A stretch of 53,417 nucleotides of DNA from positions 1-53,417 of IMG/VR virus record IMGVR_UViG_3300015194_000001. One strand, written 5' to 3'. Both the position numbers and the translations under genes were made by a program. Within the stretch, counting starts at the first letter, position 1. Each line of letters opens with the position of its first letter. This stretch comes from a virus. Lineage: Duplodnaviria; Caudoviricetes. Shown here piece after piece: positions 9,318-18,971 of the stretch. The notes below the pieces were generated by a model. It was not told the DNA's origin. It was given only the letters and a program-made list of their open reading frames with translations, and did not search any database.

Positions 9318-10975
9318 TTGCCGTTGAACGAGTTCATGGTGTGGCCGTTGCCGAGCATGTGCGCTTGGCAGTCGAGCAATGGGTGGATGCAGCCGTCGAG
9401 GAACCTCTTCTGAATGTCCAGCGGGATCGCGCCGAAGTAGTCGGCGTGCATCGAGACACCCGGCTTGACGATCCGACCATCGGACAAAACGATGTCACCG
9501 GGCTCTTTCAAGCTCGCATCCTGTGGCTTGTCGCTCGACAGCACCCACCGACCCGGGTCGTCGTTCGGTCCAATGGTCGTGATGACCAGCACTGCCACTT
9601 GCGGCAGCAAGATTGGATGATCCGGCATACAGCCGTTCGGCAGGATGTTCGCGGGCCACGGGCTCGGCGGGTAGGCCATGTGCGAGCCGTCAGGCTTGTA
9701 CAGGTTCACACCATCCCAGCAGTTCGCTGCGACGGCCGTCATCCACACCTCATGCCCCACGCCGCATTGAGCAAGAGTCGGGATGCGGTGAACGCCACCC
9801 GTGAAGGGCTCCGAGCTGTCGCTGGCAACAGCGATGCCATCGCACGAAAAGCCCGCGACACCCCATCGCGTGTAGCTGGTCGCGCTCGGGCCGCCAATCA
9901 CCATCTTCAAGCCGATCGGCACAGCCTGCACGGACGGGCCATCGGTCCAAGCCCCTTTCTTGTAGTAGACGATCACATCTCGCCCCGGACGTACTGTGTT
10001 GTCTTTGGTGTCGACCATCACAGGCGTCCACACTGCGCTGCAACTCACCGAGCCGCCGCGAAATGTCGATTCACAGTCAGCAAGCAGGGACGCGCTTGTG
10101 CTGTCCTTGTTGACGTTGACATTGCCGAAGAACTGGTGAAGGTGCGCAGTGTTGTCCTCGCCGGGGTGGACGATCGGATCGAACCAACCTAGCTTCGCGC
10201 GATACGCGACGTTGCGGAACGCGCCCGTGCCGTCGATGCTCGGACCGGGCCAATTGCAACCCGGCACCTTGTCGGCGGCGGTCTTGCAGTCGAAGTCGAC
10301 GGGCGGCGTGACGAGGATCTCGCGTGAGCCCGGCGTTACGGAAAGGTCAAAGCTCTTCTCGGCGATACCTGGCCAACCCGCATGCATGGTAGGTGGCGGC
10401 GGTGCAGGTGGGCATGCAGTCGCGGGCATCGTCGCCGGCGCCCAGTCCGTCACCTTCCAGTAGACCGGCGGCGTCGCAGGCACGTAGTCGCGAGTCTGCT
10501 GCCACGTCGCGCCGGGAGCAGAGCCAGCAGGGCACGACATCGACCTGAACTCGTCCTGCGGCTTGGGTGGCACGACCGGAGGCGGGCAATCACCCAGCGC
10601 TGGACTGACCGGCAGCCAGACGCCAGGCGCCCAGTAGACCGGCGCGGGTGCGCTGGCATAGGTGCGAGTCTGCTTGAACGTCGAGTCCGGCGTAGCACCA
10701 GGCGATGGGCACAGCCTCTGTCGGGTGTCATCTGCAGGCTTGGGCGGGATCGGCTTTTTCAGCGAAATCTTCGTGCTGGTCTGGCAGTAGAACGTCGCCT
10801 CCAGACCGAACGACTTGGCTTTGGCAAGGCAGTCGGGGTAGCTCGGTGTGCTGCTCAGCTTTCTCAACCCTTGGTACAGGTCGAAGGTACCGGGCGTCTC
10901 TGTGACGACCATCTGTGCGGTTGCAGCCAGCGGAATGAGGAATGCTGCGATCGCAGCGAGGAGGTGTTTCATCAT
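9314..10975 (-). CDS. Secreted DUF1996-domain protein with Pro/Cys repeats
   Basis: Signal peptide MMKHLLAAIAAFLIPLAATA|Q; DPIVHPG...HLHQFFGN, SAVWTP, NCWDGVNL, SHMAYP, HPILLPQ, MHADYF match DUF1996 motifs. Confidence 0.8.
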   Translation of the reverse strand: MMKHLLAAIAAFLIPLAATAQMVVTETPGTFDLYQGLRKLSSTPSYPDCLAKAKSFGLEATFYCQTSTKISLKKPIPPKPADDTRQRLCPSPGATPDSTFKQTRTYASAPAPVYWAPGVWLPVSPALGDCPPPVVPPKPQDEFRSMSCPAGSAPGATWQQTRDYVPATPPVYWKVTDWAPATMPATACPPAPPPPTMHAGWPGIAEKSFDLSVTPGSREILVTPPVDFDCKTAADKVPGCNWPGPSIDGTGAFRNVAYRAKLGWFDPIVHPGEDNTAHLHQFFGNVNVNKDSTSASLLADCESTFRGGSVSCSAVWTPVMVDTKDNTVRPGRDVIVYYKKGAWTDGPSVQAVPIGLKMVIGGPSATSYTRWGVAGFSCDGIAVASDSSEPFTGGVHRIPTLAQCGVGHEVWMTAVAANCWDGVNLYKPDGSHMAYPPSPWPANILPNGCMPDHPILLPQVAVLVITTIGPNDDPGRWVLSSDKPQDASLKEPGDIVLSDGRIVKPGVSMHADYFGAIPLDIQKRFLDGCIHPLLDCQAHMLGNGHTMNSFNGN

Positions 10976-11472
10976 GGCGGTGCTACTTCGTGAGAAGAGG
11001 ATTGAGGGTCAGGGCTTTCACCAGCGAGCTGTGGAGCTTGGCGCAGGCGACCAAAGAATCTCGCGAGTCCAGATAGGCCTGTGCCAGATCCTCGTTGGTC
11101 TGGAGCACTGGCGGCACTGGGCGCTGGCACGGCGCTGTCAGCGACGGCGGGATCCTCACCGGGAGCGGAGGCGGCGAGTTGGTCGCGCACCCCAGCAGGA
11201 ATGGGAGTGGCAGCCCACACAGGATCAGCTTTGAGCGCATCTGCGACCTTCCGGTTGCGGTAGACGATCTTCGCGGGCTGGACATCGGCCCAAGCCTGCC
11301 AATCGATCGCAGCATTCTCGGCCTTCTGATTGGCCGTGTCGATCAGCTTCACGGCTGCTACCTTGTCGGCTGCGATGACGCCAAGGTAGTGATCGCGAGT
11401 GAGCCACCAAGAGCTCGAGGCCGCGGCCGCTGCAATAGCGGCCGCGAGGATCAGCTGCAGCGTGCCGAACAC
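10972..11472 (-). CDS. Rz: Inner-membrane spanin
   Basis: N-terminal TM helix followed by an Ala-rich helical region; in the lysis cassette; contains an embedded lipoprotein ORF. Confidence 0.8.
   Translation of the reverse strand: MFGTLQLILAAAIAAAAASSSWWLTRDHYLGVIAADKVAAVKLIDTANQKAENAAIDWQAWADVQPAKIVYRNRKVADALKADPVWAATPIPAGVRDQLAASAPGEDPAVADSAVPAPSAASAPDQRGSGTGLSGLARFFGRLRQAPQLAGESPDPQSSSHEVAPP
10983..11240 (-). CDS. Rz1: Outer-membrane lipoprotein spanin, fully embedded in Rz
   Basis: MRSKLILCGLPLPFLLG|CAT lipobox, Pro-rich PPSLTAPCQRP, ends in C..LH..LV. Confidence 0.85.
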   Translation of the reverse strand: MRSKLILCGLPLPFLLGCATNSPPPLPVRIPPSLTAPCQRPVPPVLQTNEDLAQAYLDSRDSLVACAKLHSSLVKALTLNPLLTK

Positions 11473-11685
11473 TTACAGCTTCGTCTTGGTCTCGTCGACC
11501 GCGGCGCGCGCGCGAGCTTCAGCCGACTGGACGAAGGACGACGTCTTGTCGACGGCCGTGTTGCCGTAGACGTCAGCACGCGCAACTTCGTCGGGCCGGA
11601 TCTTGACCAGCTGCTTGCGGGCAAACCAGCCGACGAGCAAAGCGACGATGACGATGACGAGAAGAACGAGCGGATTGATCAGCAT
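11473..11685 (-). CDS. Small single-TM lysis-cassette protein
   Basis: GGAG RBS; MLINPLVLLVIVIVALLVGWFARK. Confidence 0.6.
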   Translation of the reverse strand: MLINPLVLLVIVIVALLVGWFARKQLVKIRPDEVARADVYGNTAVDKTSSFVQSAEARARAAVDETKTKL

Positions 11686-11722
11686 GTAAGCTCCAGATAA
11701 AAGATTGACAGAGAATCCGATC

Positions 11723-12031
11723 TTACATCGGGCCGCTGAGAGCCTTGTCGACTGCGTCGGCCTTGGCCGTCTCGATCTTTGCCTCGAGCTTGGGCTGCGG
11801 CCAGCCGTGTGCAGCGATGTAGGTGACGCCAAAGGCAATGAACGGGCCAAACTTGCCCAAGCCGAACGGCACTGCTGCGAAGAACGCAGCGTGATCGGTT
11901 TCGGTCATCATCGTCTGCCAGTAGACGACGATGCCACCCCACGCCGCCAGCACCCACACCGTGGAGTACTGGTACCAGGCCACCAGATTCAGTTTGGTCT
12001 TGCCCCACCAGCTCAGAATTTCCGTTCCCAT
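11723..12031 (-). CDS. Putative holin
   Basis: GAGGAG RBS, two TM segments and a charged C-tail; directly downstream of the endolysin. Confidence 0.65.
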   Translation of the reverse strand: MGTEILSWWGKTKLNLVAWYQYSTVWVLAAWGGIVVYWQTMMTETDHAAFFAAVPFGLGKFGPFIAFGVTYIAAHGWPQPKLEAKIETAKADAVDKALSGPM

Positions 12032-12041
12032 ATTCGACTCC

Positions 12042-12671
12042 TCAGTCGGTTGCAAAAGAGAAACAATGATCGAACAGCTGGTGACGCTTGGCTGTTGCGT
12101 CGGCACTGTCGTACGGGTTGATCTTATGCGACACCGCGTCGATACCGCCAGTCGCAATCAGTGTGTTCAGGCCCTTGGCATACCAGAACCAAGTCGAGAT
12201 CCGAACAGCATCCGCCGGCACGGTGCGGGGCAGATTCGGGTTGTAGGTGTAGGCGGTGCCGAGATAGATGTCAGCGGCCTGGAAGTTGGCCTTGCCGGTG
12301 CACTGCAGCAAGCCGGAGCCTCGGAAGTCCCACCCGTCATTCGATGGTAGTGGCGCGTTGCCGAGATCCGCGCGGCCGCCGTAGACGAAGTTGGCCAGCT
12401 TCTGTGGCTTGCGCTCGTACTGTTGCGCGAGCGCAAGGGTCGGGAAGCGCCTGGGCCACACAGCCATCAGACGTGCGGCCGAGTAGCTCATGTTCTCTTC
12501 CATCTTCGTGAAGAACATCGACTCGTGCAGCGCCTCAGCGATGAAGCCCGACACCTGCAGGCGCGAGGTGATGCCACCATACTGGCAAGCCGCAGCCAGC
12601 GGCGCTGCGTAGACCGTGGCGATGTCGGGACGGACGCCGCACTGCGACAAGAACAGGGTCGTCGGGATCAC
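12042..12671 (-). CDS. Endolysin, glycoside hydrolase family 19
   Basis: HES....EENMSYSA, ANFVYGGR..LGN, DGWDFRGSGLLQCTGKANF, WFW motifs. Confidence 0.92.
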   Translation of the reverse strand: MIPTTLFLSQCGVRPDIATVYAAPLAAACQYGGITSRLQVSGFIAEALHESMFFTKMEENMSYSAARLMAVWPRRFPTLALAQQYERKPQKLANFVYGGRADLGNAPLPSNDGWDFRGSGLLQCTGKANFQAADIYLGTAYTYNPNLPRTVPADAVRISTWFWYAKGLNTLIATGGIDAVSHKINPYDSADATAKRHQLFDHCFSFATD

Positions 12672-13162
12672 GGAGCATCTTTCTGCACGTCTTCAACAAC
12701 CTGAAATGTCTTCGATCGCCAGGGCACGAGGTAGTTGTGATACTTCGTCCGAACGTCGGATAGGCCTTCGAAGTGATAGTGCGCAAGCGGGACGGTTGCC
12801 GGCACCTTGTTCGCTTCACTCACCTCCGTCCAGCAACCCGCGTCCAGCTGAATCGCCGAGTTGCCAGGCAGGTTGACTGGCAGCGCATGAGGATCATCGT
12901 CATTGATCATGCGCGTGCTGAAGGTATAGATGTGCACAGTGCTGTCGCTGTTGCACCGCTCGATCTTCATCGGCGCGCTGTGACCGGCGCGAACAGCTGA
13001 CTCCATCATGTCGAATGGCAGGTTTGGGTAGCTCAGCCAAGGGATGTCATTCGCTTCTGCCTCGCGCGCGGAGCTGTAGAAATGCCAGCCCGCAAAGCCA
13101 ATCACGAACAGGCCAACGAGGTTGGCCCACAGCAATGTGTTGCGAAGCGAAGTACTGAACAT
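12668..13162 (-). CDS. Membrane-anchored periplasmic protein (possible antiholin)
   Basis: N-terminal TM plus a soluble domain with two Cys; between a holin-like gene and the endolysin. Confidence 0.45.
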   Translation of the reverse strand: MFSTSLRNTLLWANLVGLFVIGFAGWHFYSSAREAEANDIPWLSYPNLPFDMMESAVRAGHSAPMKIERCNSDSTVHIYTFSTRMINDDDPHALPVNLPGNSAIQLDAGCWTEVSEANKVPATVPLAHYHFEGLSDVRTKYHNYLVPWRSKTFQVVEDVQKDAP

Positions 13163-13163
13163 T

Positions 13164-13556
13164 TCAATGCCCTGGAGGAGGTCCGCCGTGCGTCACGAAA
13201 TACCACAGCGTGTAGAGCGCAGTAATCGGAACGGCGAGTACGCCAAAGAATTTGATAAGGGTTACGAGAAGTTTGCCGCCGCTGATGATCGTCAGAATCT
13301 GCGACGTCATCTCGTTGTTTTTCTTCTGATCAGTTTCGATAGTGGTGACTTGACCCTTCAAGCCACCAACAATGCGGTGCAAGTCTTCAACGTGGCCCTT
13401 CAGGGCAAAGAGCCGAGTGTCCGTCAAGTTCCCGATGGCCCGGCGCTCTTGCCGTGCGTTGTCGGCGAGCCGATCGGCTTGATGCCGTCCGGTCTCAGCG
13501 TCAGCTTGCCAAGGTCCACTCTCGTCGAAGCCTTCGATGTGAATCGGATCCGTCAT
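13164..13556 (-). CDS. Holin-like protein (coiled coil plus C-terminal TM)
   Basis: First gene of the lysis cassette; C-terminal LIKFFGVLAVPITALYTLWYFV. Confidence 0.5.
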   Translation of the reverse strand: MTDPIHIEGFDESGPWQADAETGRHQADRLADNARQERRAIGNLTDTRLFALKGHVEDLHRIVGGLKGQVTTIETDQKKNNEMTSQILTIISGGKLLVTLIKFFGVLAVPITALYTLWYFVTHGGPPPGH

Positions 13557-13565
13557 CCAGCAACC

Positions 13566-14450
13566 TCATGCAATCGTGATCGTCCAGGTACCCGCGGCAT
13601 GAGTTTGCGGACTGCTAGCCGCAGCTACTGATCGAGCACCGCCGCTCAGCAGGTTCCAGAATAGCAGATTACCTCCTGTGAGTGAATCGAAAACTCCCTC
13701 GGAATTCGGCGAAAGCCACGACTCAGTAGGCGTCGGAAATGCCACCACGAGGTTGTTGGAGATAACGCCGCCGGTACCTCCACTGCCTACAGCCGCTGTC
13801 GTCGTGCCGGCTGTAAGGGTATTGCTGAAGCCAAGCAGACTGAACGGAATCGACTGACGCGAGTAGCTCGGGCCATTGACTTCGACACCACCTCCTGCAT
13901 TCGTTGGCGCAGTCGTGAAGAGCGCGAAGTAGGCATTGGCGGGGAAGGTGAATGCCTGGTTGCGAAACCACAGGTCAACGAACTTGTTGACGAGGTAGTC
14001 GCTGGATCCCTTGGATGCGTCGCCGATGCCGACAGTGCAGACGATCGCACCTGCTGCCAGAGATACGGGCACACCAGAGCCAATCACGATTGCCGTGATC
14101 GGATGGAACGACAGCACATTGCCGGCGCTGACGGCGTCGCAGATGATGATGAAGTTCGCCGTGCCCCACGCCGCTCCTGATGTCCCGAAGGAGATCGGGT
14201 TGCTGTTGCTGGTCTGATGCGTGGTGCCGTTGCTCGCAAGCGTGGAGCCGCTACCTTGCGTGCCGGAGAAGTTGGTGAGGCTGCGCATGTAGGGCTGACG
14301 TGCGTAGCCTGAGCCTGCGAGCTCGGTGAGCGAGCCGTCAGTTGCCGCTGAAGCCAGGCCGATGTAGAAGCTGCCGGGCAGCGATGCGAGGCCCTGACCG
14401 CGCACCCAGTCAGCGATCAGGTTCTCAGCGACGTCTGTGAAATTGCTCAT
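13566..14450 (-). CDS. Tail-tip/fibre protein with two tandem homologous domains
   Basis: Domain 1 ENLIADWVRGQ..YIGL..TELAGSGYARQ..ISF and domain 2 VNKFVDLWFRNQ..YFALFT..VEVNGPSYSRQ..VAF; homologous to the 145-aa gene at 44351-44788. Confidence 0.7.
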   Translation of the reverse strand: MSNFTDVAENLIADWVRGQGLASLPGSFYIGLASAATDGSLTELAGSGYARQPYMRSLTNFSGTQGSGSTLASNGTTHQTSNSNPISFGTSGAAWGTANFIIICDAVSAGNVLSFHPITAIVIGSGVPVSLAAGAIVCTVGIGDASKGSSDYLVNKFVDLWFRNQAFTFPANAYFALFTTAPTNAGGGVEVNGPSYSRQSIPFSLLGFSNTLTAGTTTAAVGSGGTGGVISNNLVVAFPTPTESWLSPNSEGVFDSLTGGNLLFWNLLSGGARSVAAASSPQTHAAGTWTITIA

Positions 14451-14462
14451 CTGGTTCTCCGA

Positions 14463-17405
14463 TTACATTGCGCAGCCACCCGCACCGCTGTCACCACCGC
14501 CACCGCTACTGTCATAGGCTCCGAAGGCGTAGTTGATGTCAGCGATCAACGTCGTGTTGCTTTGGTTGATGGTCGATCCTACGCGGCGGATGAGCACGGT
14601 GTAAACCGCTTCGACAATCGAAGGTGCTCTCTCAGTCGGCACGCTATCAAACGAATAAGCAGGAATGACCATGTTCAATGGCGGGTGCAGTTGGCTGATG
14701 CCGAAACGCCAGGCATAGTCAGTTGCGCCAAGATTAAGCCAAGTGCCCAAAGGGCTACCGCTGAAGTTCGCAGGCTGCCCGAGAGGCGCAAGCACAGTGA
14801 CGTACACCTCGAAGCTGCTTGCTGTTGCGGGCTCCGGTGTGTCGTACAGCCACTCGCCGTCGTAGGCAGATGACGCGACCAGCGTGCCAGTGTCGAACTG
14901 CGGGCCTGTGTTCGAATACGCATAGCTCGCGACACCAGCGCGCGACAGGCGGAATTCAATCGCGCCGCCGAGCGTAGTTTGGCTAGGAGGATCGCCCTGA
15001 GTACCCACAACTTGGATATGCGACTGCAATGTGACAGGAGGCAAGCCGTCGCCGAAGTCTGCGCTGCTCGCAGTGTCGATCGTCGTCGTCGGCACAGGAT
15101 CCTGGATCACGCCGCCGGTTGGCAGATAGGCATTGTCGGCAGTGTGCACGAGGTTGTTCTCGGCGACGCCGCTCATCTCGATGATCGGATTGCCCTCTGC
15201 GCTGCGGCCGCGACCTTGAATGTTTGTCAGACGCACGATCACCTGGTGCTGGCCTTCTGGCCCGAAGACGTACTTCGTGCGCTCCACGTCGGAATCGAAC
15301 GTGGTCGGCGTGAAGCCTGGATCGAGGCCAAGCACCACATCGAACTTGGTCAAGCCGGGCGTCACCGGGATCGCGATCGAGAGCTGACCGTTAGGCTTCT
15401 CGAGCGTGATGAAGTGATCTTTGCCCGCCACCCAAGGCGGCGGCTCCGAGAGCGTGGCAGTCAGCGTGGAGCTCGCCCACACCACCACGTCGCCCGGCGA
15501 GCCCCAACCGGGCAGCGCCGGCGAGAAGATGACGGCGCTGCCGTAGGCCGCAAGCAGGCCTTTCATCTCGGTCTGCCACTTCGGGAACTTGCGCCGGTAG
15601 AGTGACTGCGCAGCGAGGTACGTCGCTTCGCGCAGCGCTTGCATCGAGCCTGAGATGCCGGTTACACGCAGCGTGATCGGATTGACCGGCGTCACCACAC
15701 CTGGCAGCTTTGCCAGGATCGGCACCCAGTCCCACGAGCGATAGTCGAAGTACTCGTAGCTGATGGCGTCGGGACTCTCCGGCGTCGTCAGCGCATAGCC
15801 GATCGAAGTCGAGCCGGCGATGATGTCGCGCGTCGAATACGCAGCAGACGGAAGTGCTTGGTACTGGTCGCGCGTGATGGTGAAGAGTCCCATGCGCTGG
15901 AAGACGATGGCACGGCCGGCCTGCGCCATCGTGCGGTTCGCATCTTTGCTGGTCACGCGCGAGTCGAAGAGGACGTCAAGGTGGTCCTGCCGTGCCTTGT
16001 AGACCTGGTCCAGGTCATAGAACGTCTGCAGATCGATCTCGCTGTCGAGCAAGCGGTCGCCGTAGACAGTGTTCTTCAGCTTGTCGACGATCGCCCAGCA
16101 GATACTGCGTGACTCTGCGTTAGCCAGATCCCACCCGGTCGTTGGATTCCACGTCTTGAGCTTGCGGCGCGCGATGACCGCGAGCTTCTTCTGTGTCAGG
16201 CCATTCAGCTGCTCGTTCGCCTTCATCGCGATCTCGAGGTACGTCGCCGTTGCGCACAGAGGCGCAGGCGTCGTCAAGCGCCCGCGCAAGCCGCTCAGCG
16301 TGATCGCGTTGATGACTAGGTTGCTGGTGTTGGCCGGCGTGAAGCGCGTGAAGCGCGCCGAGACCCGTCCAGGCGAGGGCAGATCCGCGGCGTAGCTGCG
16401 GCGCTGCGGTGTACGCGAGGCTGCTTTGATATTGCAGCGCGTGAGATTGATCCACGTGCCGATCGGCTGACCAAAATCGTTGATGTACTGAATGTCGACG
16501 TCGACCTGGACGAGAAACGTAGTAAAGGCTCCAGTCGCTCCGTCCGCAATACCGAGACCTTGGTCAGCGACGAGATCCCAACCGATCCGGTCGATCATCG
16601 TGCGCGGCTTGTTGACGACAAAGCCACCCACTGCGACCGTCGCGTCGAGCGCATTGCCAGCAACCTCGACTGCGGTAACGATGTTCGCTTTGACCTGTGT
16701 CGGCAGAGTGCCAGGCTGCAGCAGTCGGTAGTAGACGCTGTGGAAATTCGAGATCGGCGTGTCGTCGATCATCAGCGACTCAAGCGCGTACTCTCCCTGC
16801 CCGATGCACAGCAAGACGTAGTAGTACTGATCGTTGTTCTTGTACTGCACGTATGGTTGACACGCGAAGTCCGGCAACGTGCGCATACGTCCGTAGACAA
16901 CAGGGATCGGCTGGCTCAAGCGCGCTTGGTTGCCCGACAACGACGTGTTGTAAACGCTGCCTGGAGATATAGCCGAGTTCCCAAGCCCTCCTGCTGGGTT
17001 GATCGGAATCAGGGCGTTGATCAGCAGCTGAGCCGCAAGGTTCAAGACGATCGAGACTGCTGCAGTGCCCGCTGCACCACCGATACCAATCGCGGTAGCG
17101 ATGCCGGCGCTGAAGTAGGTGATCGCAATGATCGCGATGATCGTCAGGATGCTGCGCGATGCGTTGCCTCCTTGCGGAATGATGTGCCACTCGACCACAT
17201 CGCCTAGGAAGATCTCGCGATGCCAATGCGGCTGCATCAGCGCGGTGCCATTGACGATCACGATGGCTCGTCCGCACTCCTTCGGGATCGTGTCGCGGAT
17301 CCGAACGCCAAGCTGAGGCTCGTAGCTATAGGCCGGCTCGTCGACGCCACACAGCGGCACGTCGAAGACACGAACCTTCGGAAGAACGGCGAGAGCGGTG
17401 TTCAT
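14463..17405 (-). CDS. Central tail fibre / tip attachment protein (lambda gpI+gpJ-like)
   Basis: N-terminal gpI-like TM-rich region, NQARLSQPIPVVYGR, largest tail-tip ORF; start taken at MNTALAV after GGAGG. Confidence 0.85.
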   Translation of the reverse strand: MNTALAVLPKVRVFDVPLCGVDEPAYSYEPQLGVRIRDTIPKECGRAIVIVNGTALMQPHWHREIFLGDVVEWHIIPQGGNASRSILTIIAIIAITYFSAGIATAIGIGGAAGTAAVSIVLNLAAQLLINALIPINPAGGLGNSAISPGSVYNTSLSGNQARLSQPIPVVYGRMRTLPDFACQPYVQYKNNDQYYYVLLCIGQGEYALESLMIDDTPISNFHSVYYRLLQPGTLPTQVKANIVTAVEVAGNALDATVAVGGFVVNKPRTMIDRIGWDLVADQGLGIADGATGAFTTFLVQVDVDIQYINDFGQPIGTWINLTRCNIKAASRTPQRRSYAADLPSPGRVSARFTRFTPANTSNLVINAITLSGLRGRLTTPAPLCATATYLEIAMKANEQLNGLTQKKLAVIARRKLKTWNPTTGWDLANAESRSICWAIVDKLKNTVYGDRLLDSEIDLQTFYDLDQVYKARQDHLDVLFDSRVTSKDANRTMAQAGRAIVFQRMGLFTITRDQYQALPSAAYSTRDIIAGSTSIGYALTTPESPDAISYEYFDYRSWDWVPILAKLPGVVTPVNPITLRVTGISGSMQALREATYLAAQSLYRRKFPKWQTEMKGLLAAYGSAVIFSPALPGWGSPGDVVVWASSTLTATLSEPPPWVAGKDHFITLEKPNGQLSIAIPVTPGLTKFDVVLGLDPGFTPTTFDSDVERTKYVFGPEGQHQVIVRLTNIQGRGRSAEGNPIIEMSGVAENNLVHTADNAYLPTGGVIQDPVPTTTIDTASSADFGDGLPPVTLQSHIQVVGTQGDPPSQTTLGGAIEFRLSRAGVASYAYSNTGPQFDTGTLVASSAYDGEWLYDTPEPATASSFEVYVTVLAPLGQPANFSGSPLGTWLNLGATDYAWRFGISQLHPPLNMVIPAYSFDSVPTERAPSIVEAVYTVLIRRVGSTINQSNTTLIADINYAFGAYDSSGGGGDSGAGGCAM

Positions 17406-17839
17406 GCCTTCCTCCAGATCGTGATGTCGCGAAAGCACATGAACCACATCTCGCTAAAGGGCGTGAGTGTGACGCCTACATCCTCGAGTGCGTGCAGAAC
17501 ATGCAGCCCATTGTTGACTTTCAAGGCCAAGCCGACGTGCCTGCCGTGGGGGCCGTACATAAGCAGGATGTCCCGGTCATGCGGACGCGAATCAGCGCAA
17601 GCGCGCCAGCCTGTTTCTCGCTCGACGGCACGAATCGCGGCGTCACGTGATGTTCTGGTCTCGGTCTCGCCGACGTTGATGTAAGGCATCGGGATGTCGT
17701 AGATGTTATTGAACACCCACCGGACCAAGCCCCAGCAATTGAACGCGTCGGGGCCTTCGCCGTTGGCTATGTAGGGCTTGCCGATGAGGTCTACGGCCCA
17801 GTGCTGGTCAGGGTAGTGCAGGTCCATAGCGCTCATCAA
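17402..17839 (-). CDS. NlpC/P60 tail tip protein (gpK-like)
   Basis: LIGKPY..G.GPDAFNCWGLV, HVGL, LHA catalytic pattern. Confidence 0.88.
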   Translation of the reverse strand: MMSAMDLHYPDQHWAVDLIGKPYIANGEGPDAFNCWGLVRWVFNNIYDIPMPYINVGETETRTSRDAAIRAVERETGWRACADSRPHDRDILLMYGPHGRHVGLALKVNNGLHVLHALEDVGVTLTPFSEMWFMCFRDITIWRKA

Positions 17840-18399
17840 ATGACCAGACCCGGATGTTCGTCAACCGTGTACTCTTTGCGTGGGAAGGTGTTATTCGACG
17901 GGTCGTAGAACGAAGCCTGCGCGTTGACCGTCACGTCACCCACTATGATCGAGCGCAGGACCATTGTGATCGCCGGCAAGCGCGCGGGATTGTCGAGATC
18001 GTTGCTGGCATAGATGCGCTCTGTGACCTTGACTGGGTAGGGACTGAGGAGCGCGGCATCCAGTTGTTCTGCGATGTGGCCGCTGACGCCGTCGACCTGG
18101 ATCGAGATCGACGGGACGCTGCTGGTGTCACCCTCTTCAGGCCCACTGACCAGGACTGGCACCGCCGTGAAAGTCACGTACGTATTCGCATCAACTAGCG
18201 AAGCTGGCTCGAGCCGGGCCACGATGTCTACGAAGTCGTTGACCACGCGTATAGCAGTGACCACACCGTTCTCTTTGAAGTCGGGATGGCGGAACTCGTA
18301 GGTGGCCAGCATCACACGCGTGATCGGCGCCGACGACATCGCTTCAGCGTAGGCATCGCTGACCTTGCTGCCGTTGACAGGGGGCAGGTACGTGGTCAT
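17836..18399 (-). CDS. Minor tail protein (DUF1833/gpL-like)
   Basis: TYEFRHP..IRVVND..VTFTA..ERIY..DL..P..FP...Y....PGL; position directly upstream of NlpC/P60. Confidence 0.75.
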   Translation of the reverse strand: MTTYLPPVNGSKVSDAYAEAMSSAPITRVMLATYEFRHPDFKENGVVTAIRVVNDFVDIVARLEPASLVDANTYVTFTAVPVLVSGPEEGDTSSVPSISIQVDGVSGHIAEQLDAALLSPYPVKVTERIYASNDLDNPARLPAITMVLRSIIVGDVTVNAQASFYDPSNNTFPRKEYTVDEHPGLVI

Positions 18400-18971
18400 C
18401 AGACACACCTCCAACGCAGGCGATTGTCGACTGCCATTCCGAACGACTGCATGAGATAGCCGAAGGGCGCGGCCGTGGAGATGTACTCGATGCTGTAGCG
18501 ATCGCGTTGCCGGCGAAAGTAGATGCCAGTGTCCGCACCTTGGTAAGTAACGACAACGTCAGACGAGCTCGACATCGGATCTCGCGGGTCGTCCTGAACG
18601 ACCAGGATCCTAGTCGCGCCGGCGAAGACCGTAGTGACGAAAGAGTTGATGGTCGCATCCCACCAACGCAACTTGCAGGTACCAAGTGCGATGTAGGCGA
18701 TGTTGGGCTGGTTGCTCCTGTCCATCGCAACCGTTGCCTGCGTCACGTTCAGCATCGCAAGTGTCAGGCCGGTACCCGATACCTGCGGCGTGACGTAGAT
18801 GTTGGCTGCGTCGAACGTGCAGAGCCAGTCCTGAAAGTCGATCCCCGAGGTGCCGATGCCGGCGCTCGAGCCGCCGCGCACGAGGCTGGCAACACCATGC
18901 TCGACAAAGCGCTTCGACAGGAACACACCGCTCGAAGCAGTGCGTTCCGGCGCCATCGTGGGAAAGATCAC
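18399..18971 (-). CDS. Tail-associated protein
   Basis: Coupled ORF in the tail block; D...QP.IAY..LRWWD..DD.R......SDV...Y.......FR.QRDRY..EY pattern seen in siphophage tail genes. Confidence 0.65.
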   Translation of the reverse strand: MIFPTMAPERTASSGVFLSKRFVEHGVASLVRGGSSAGIGTSGIDFQDWLCTFDAANIYVTPQVSGTGLTLAMLNVTQATVAMDRSNQPNIAYIALGTCKLRWWDATINSFVTTVFAGATRILVVQDDPRDPMSSSSDVVVTYQGADTGIYFRRQRDRYSIEYISTAAPFGYLMQSFGMAVDNRLRWRCV

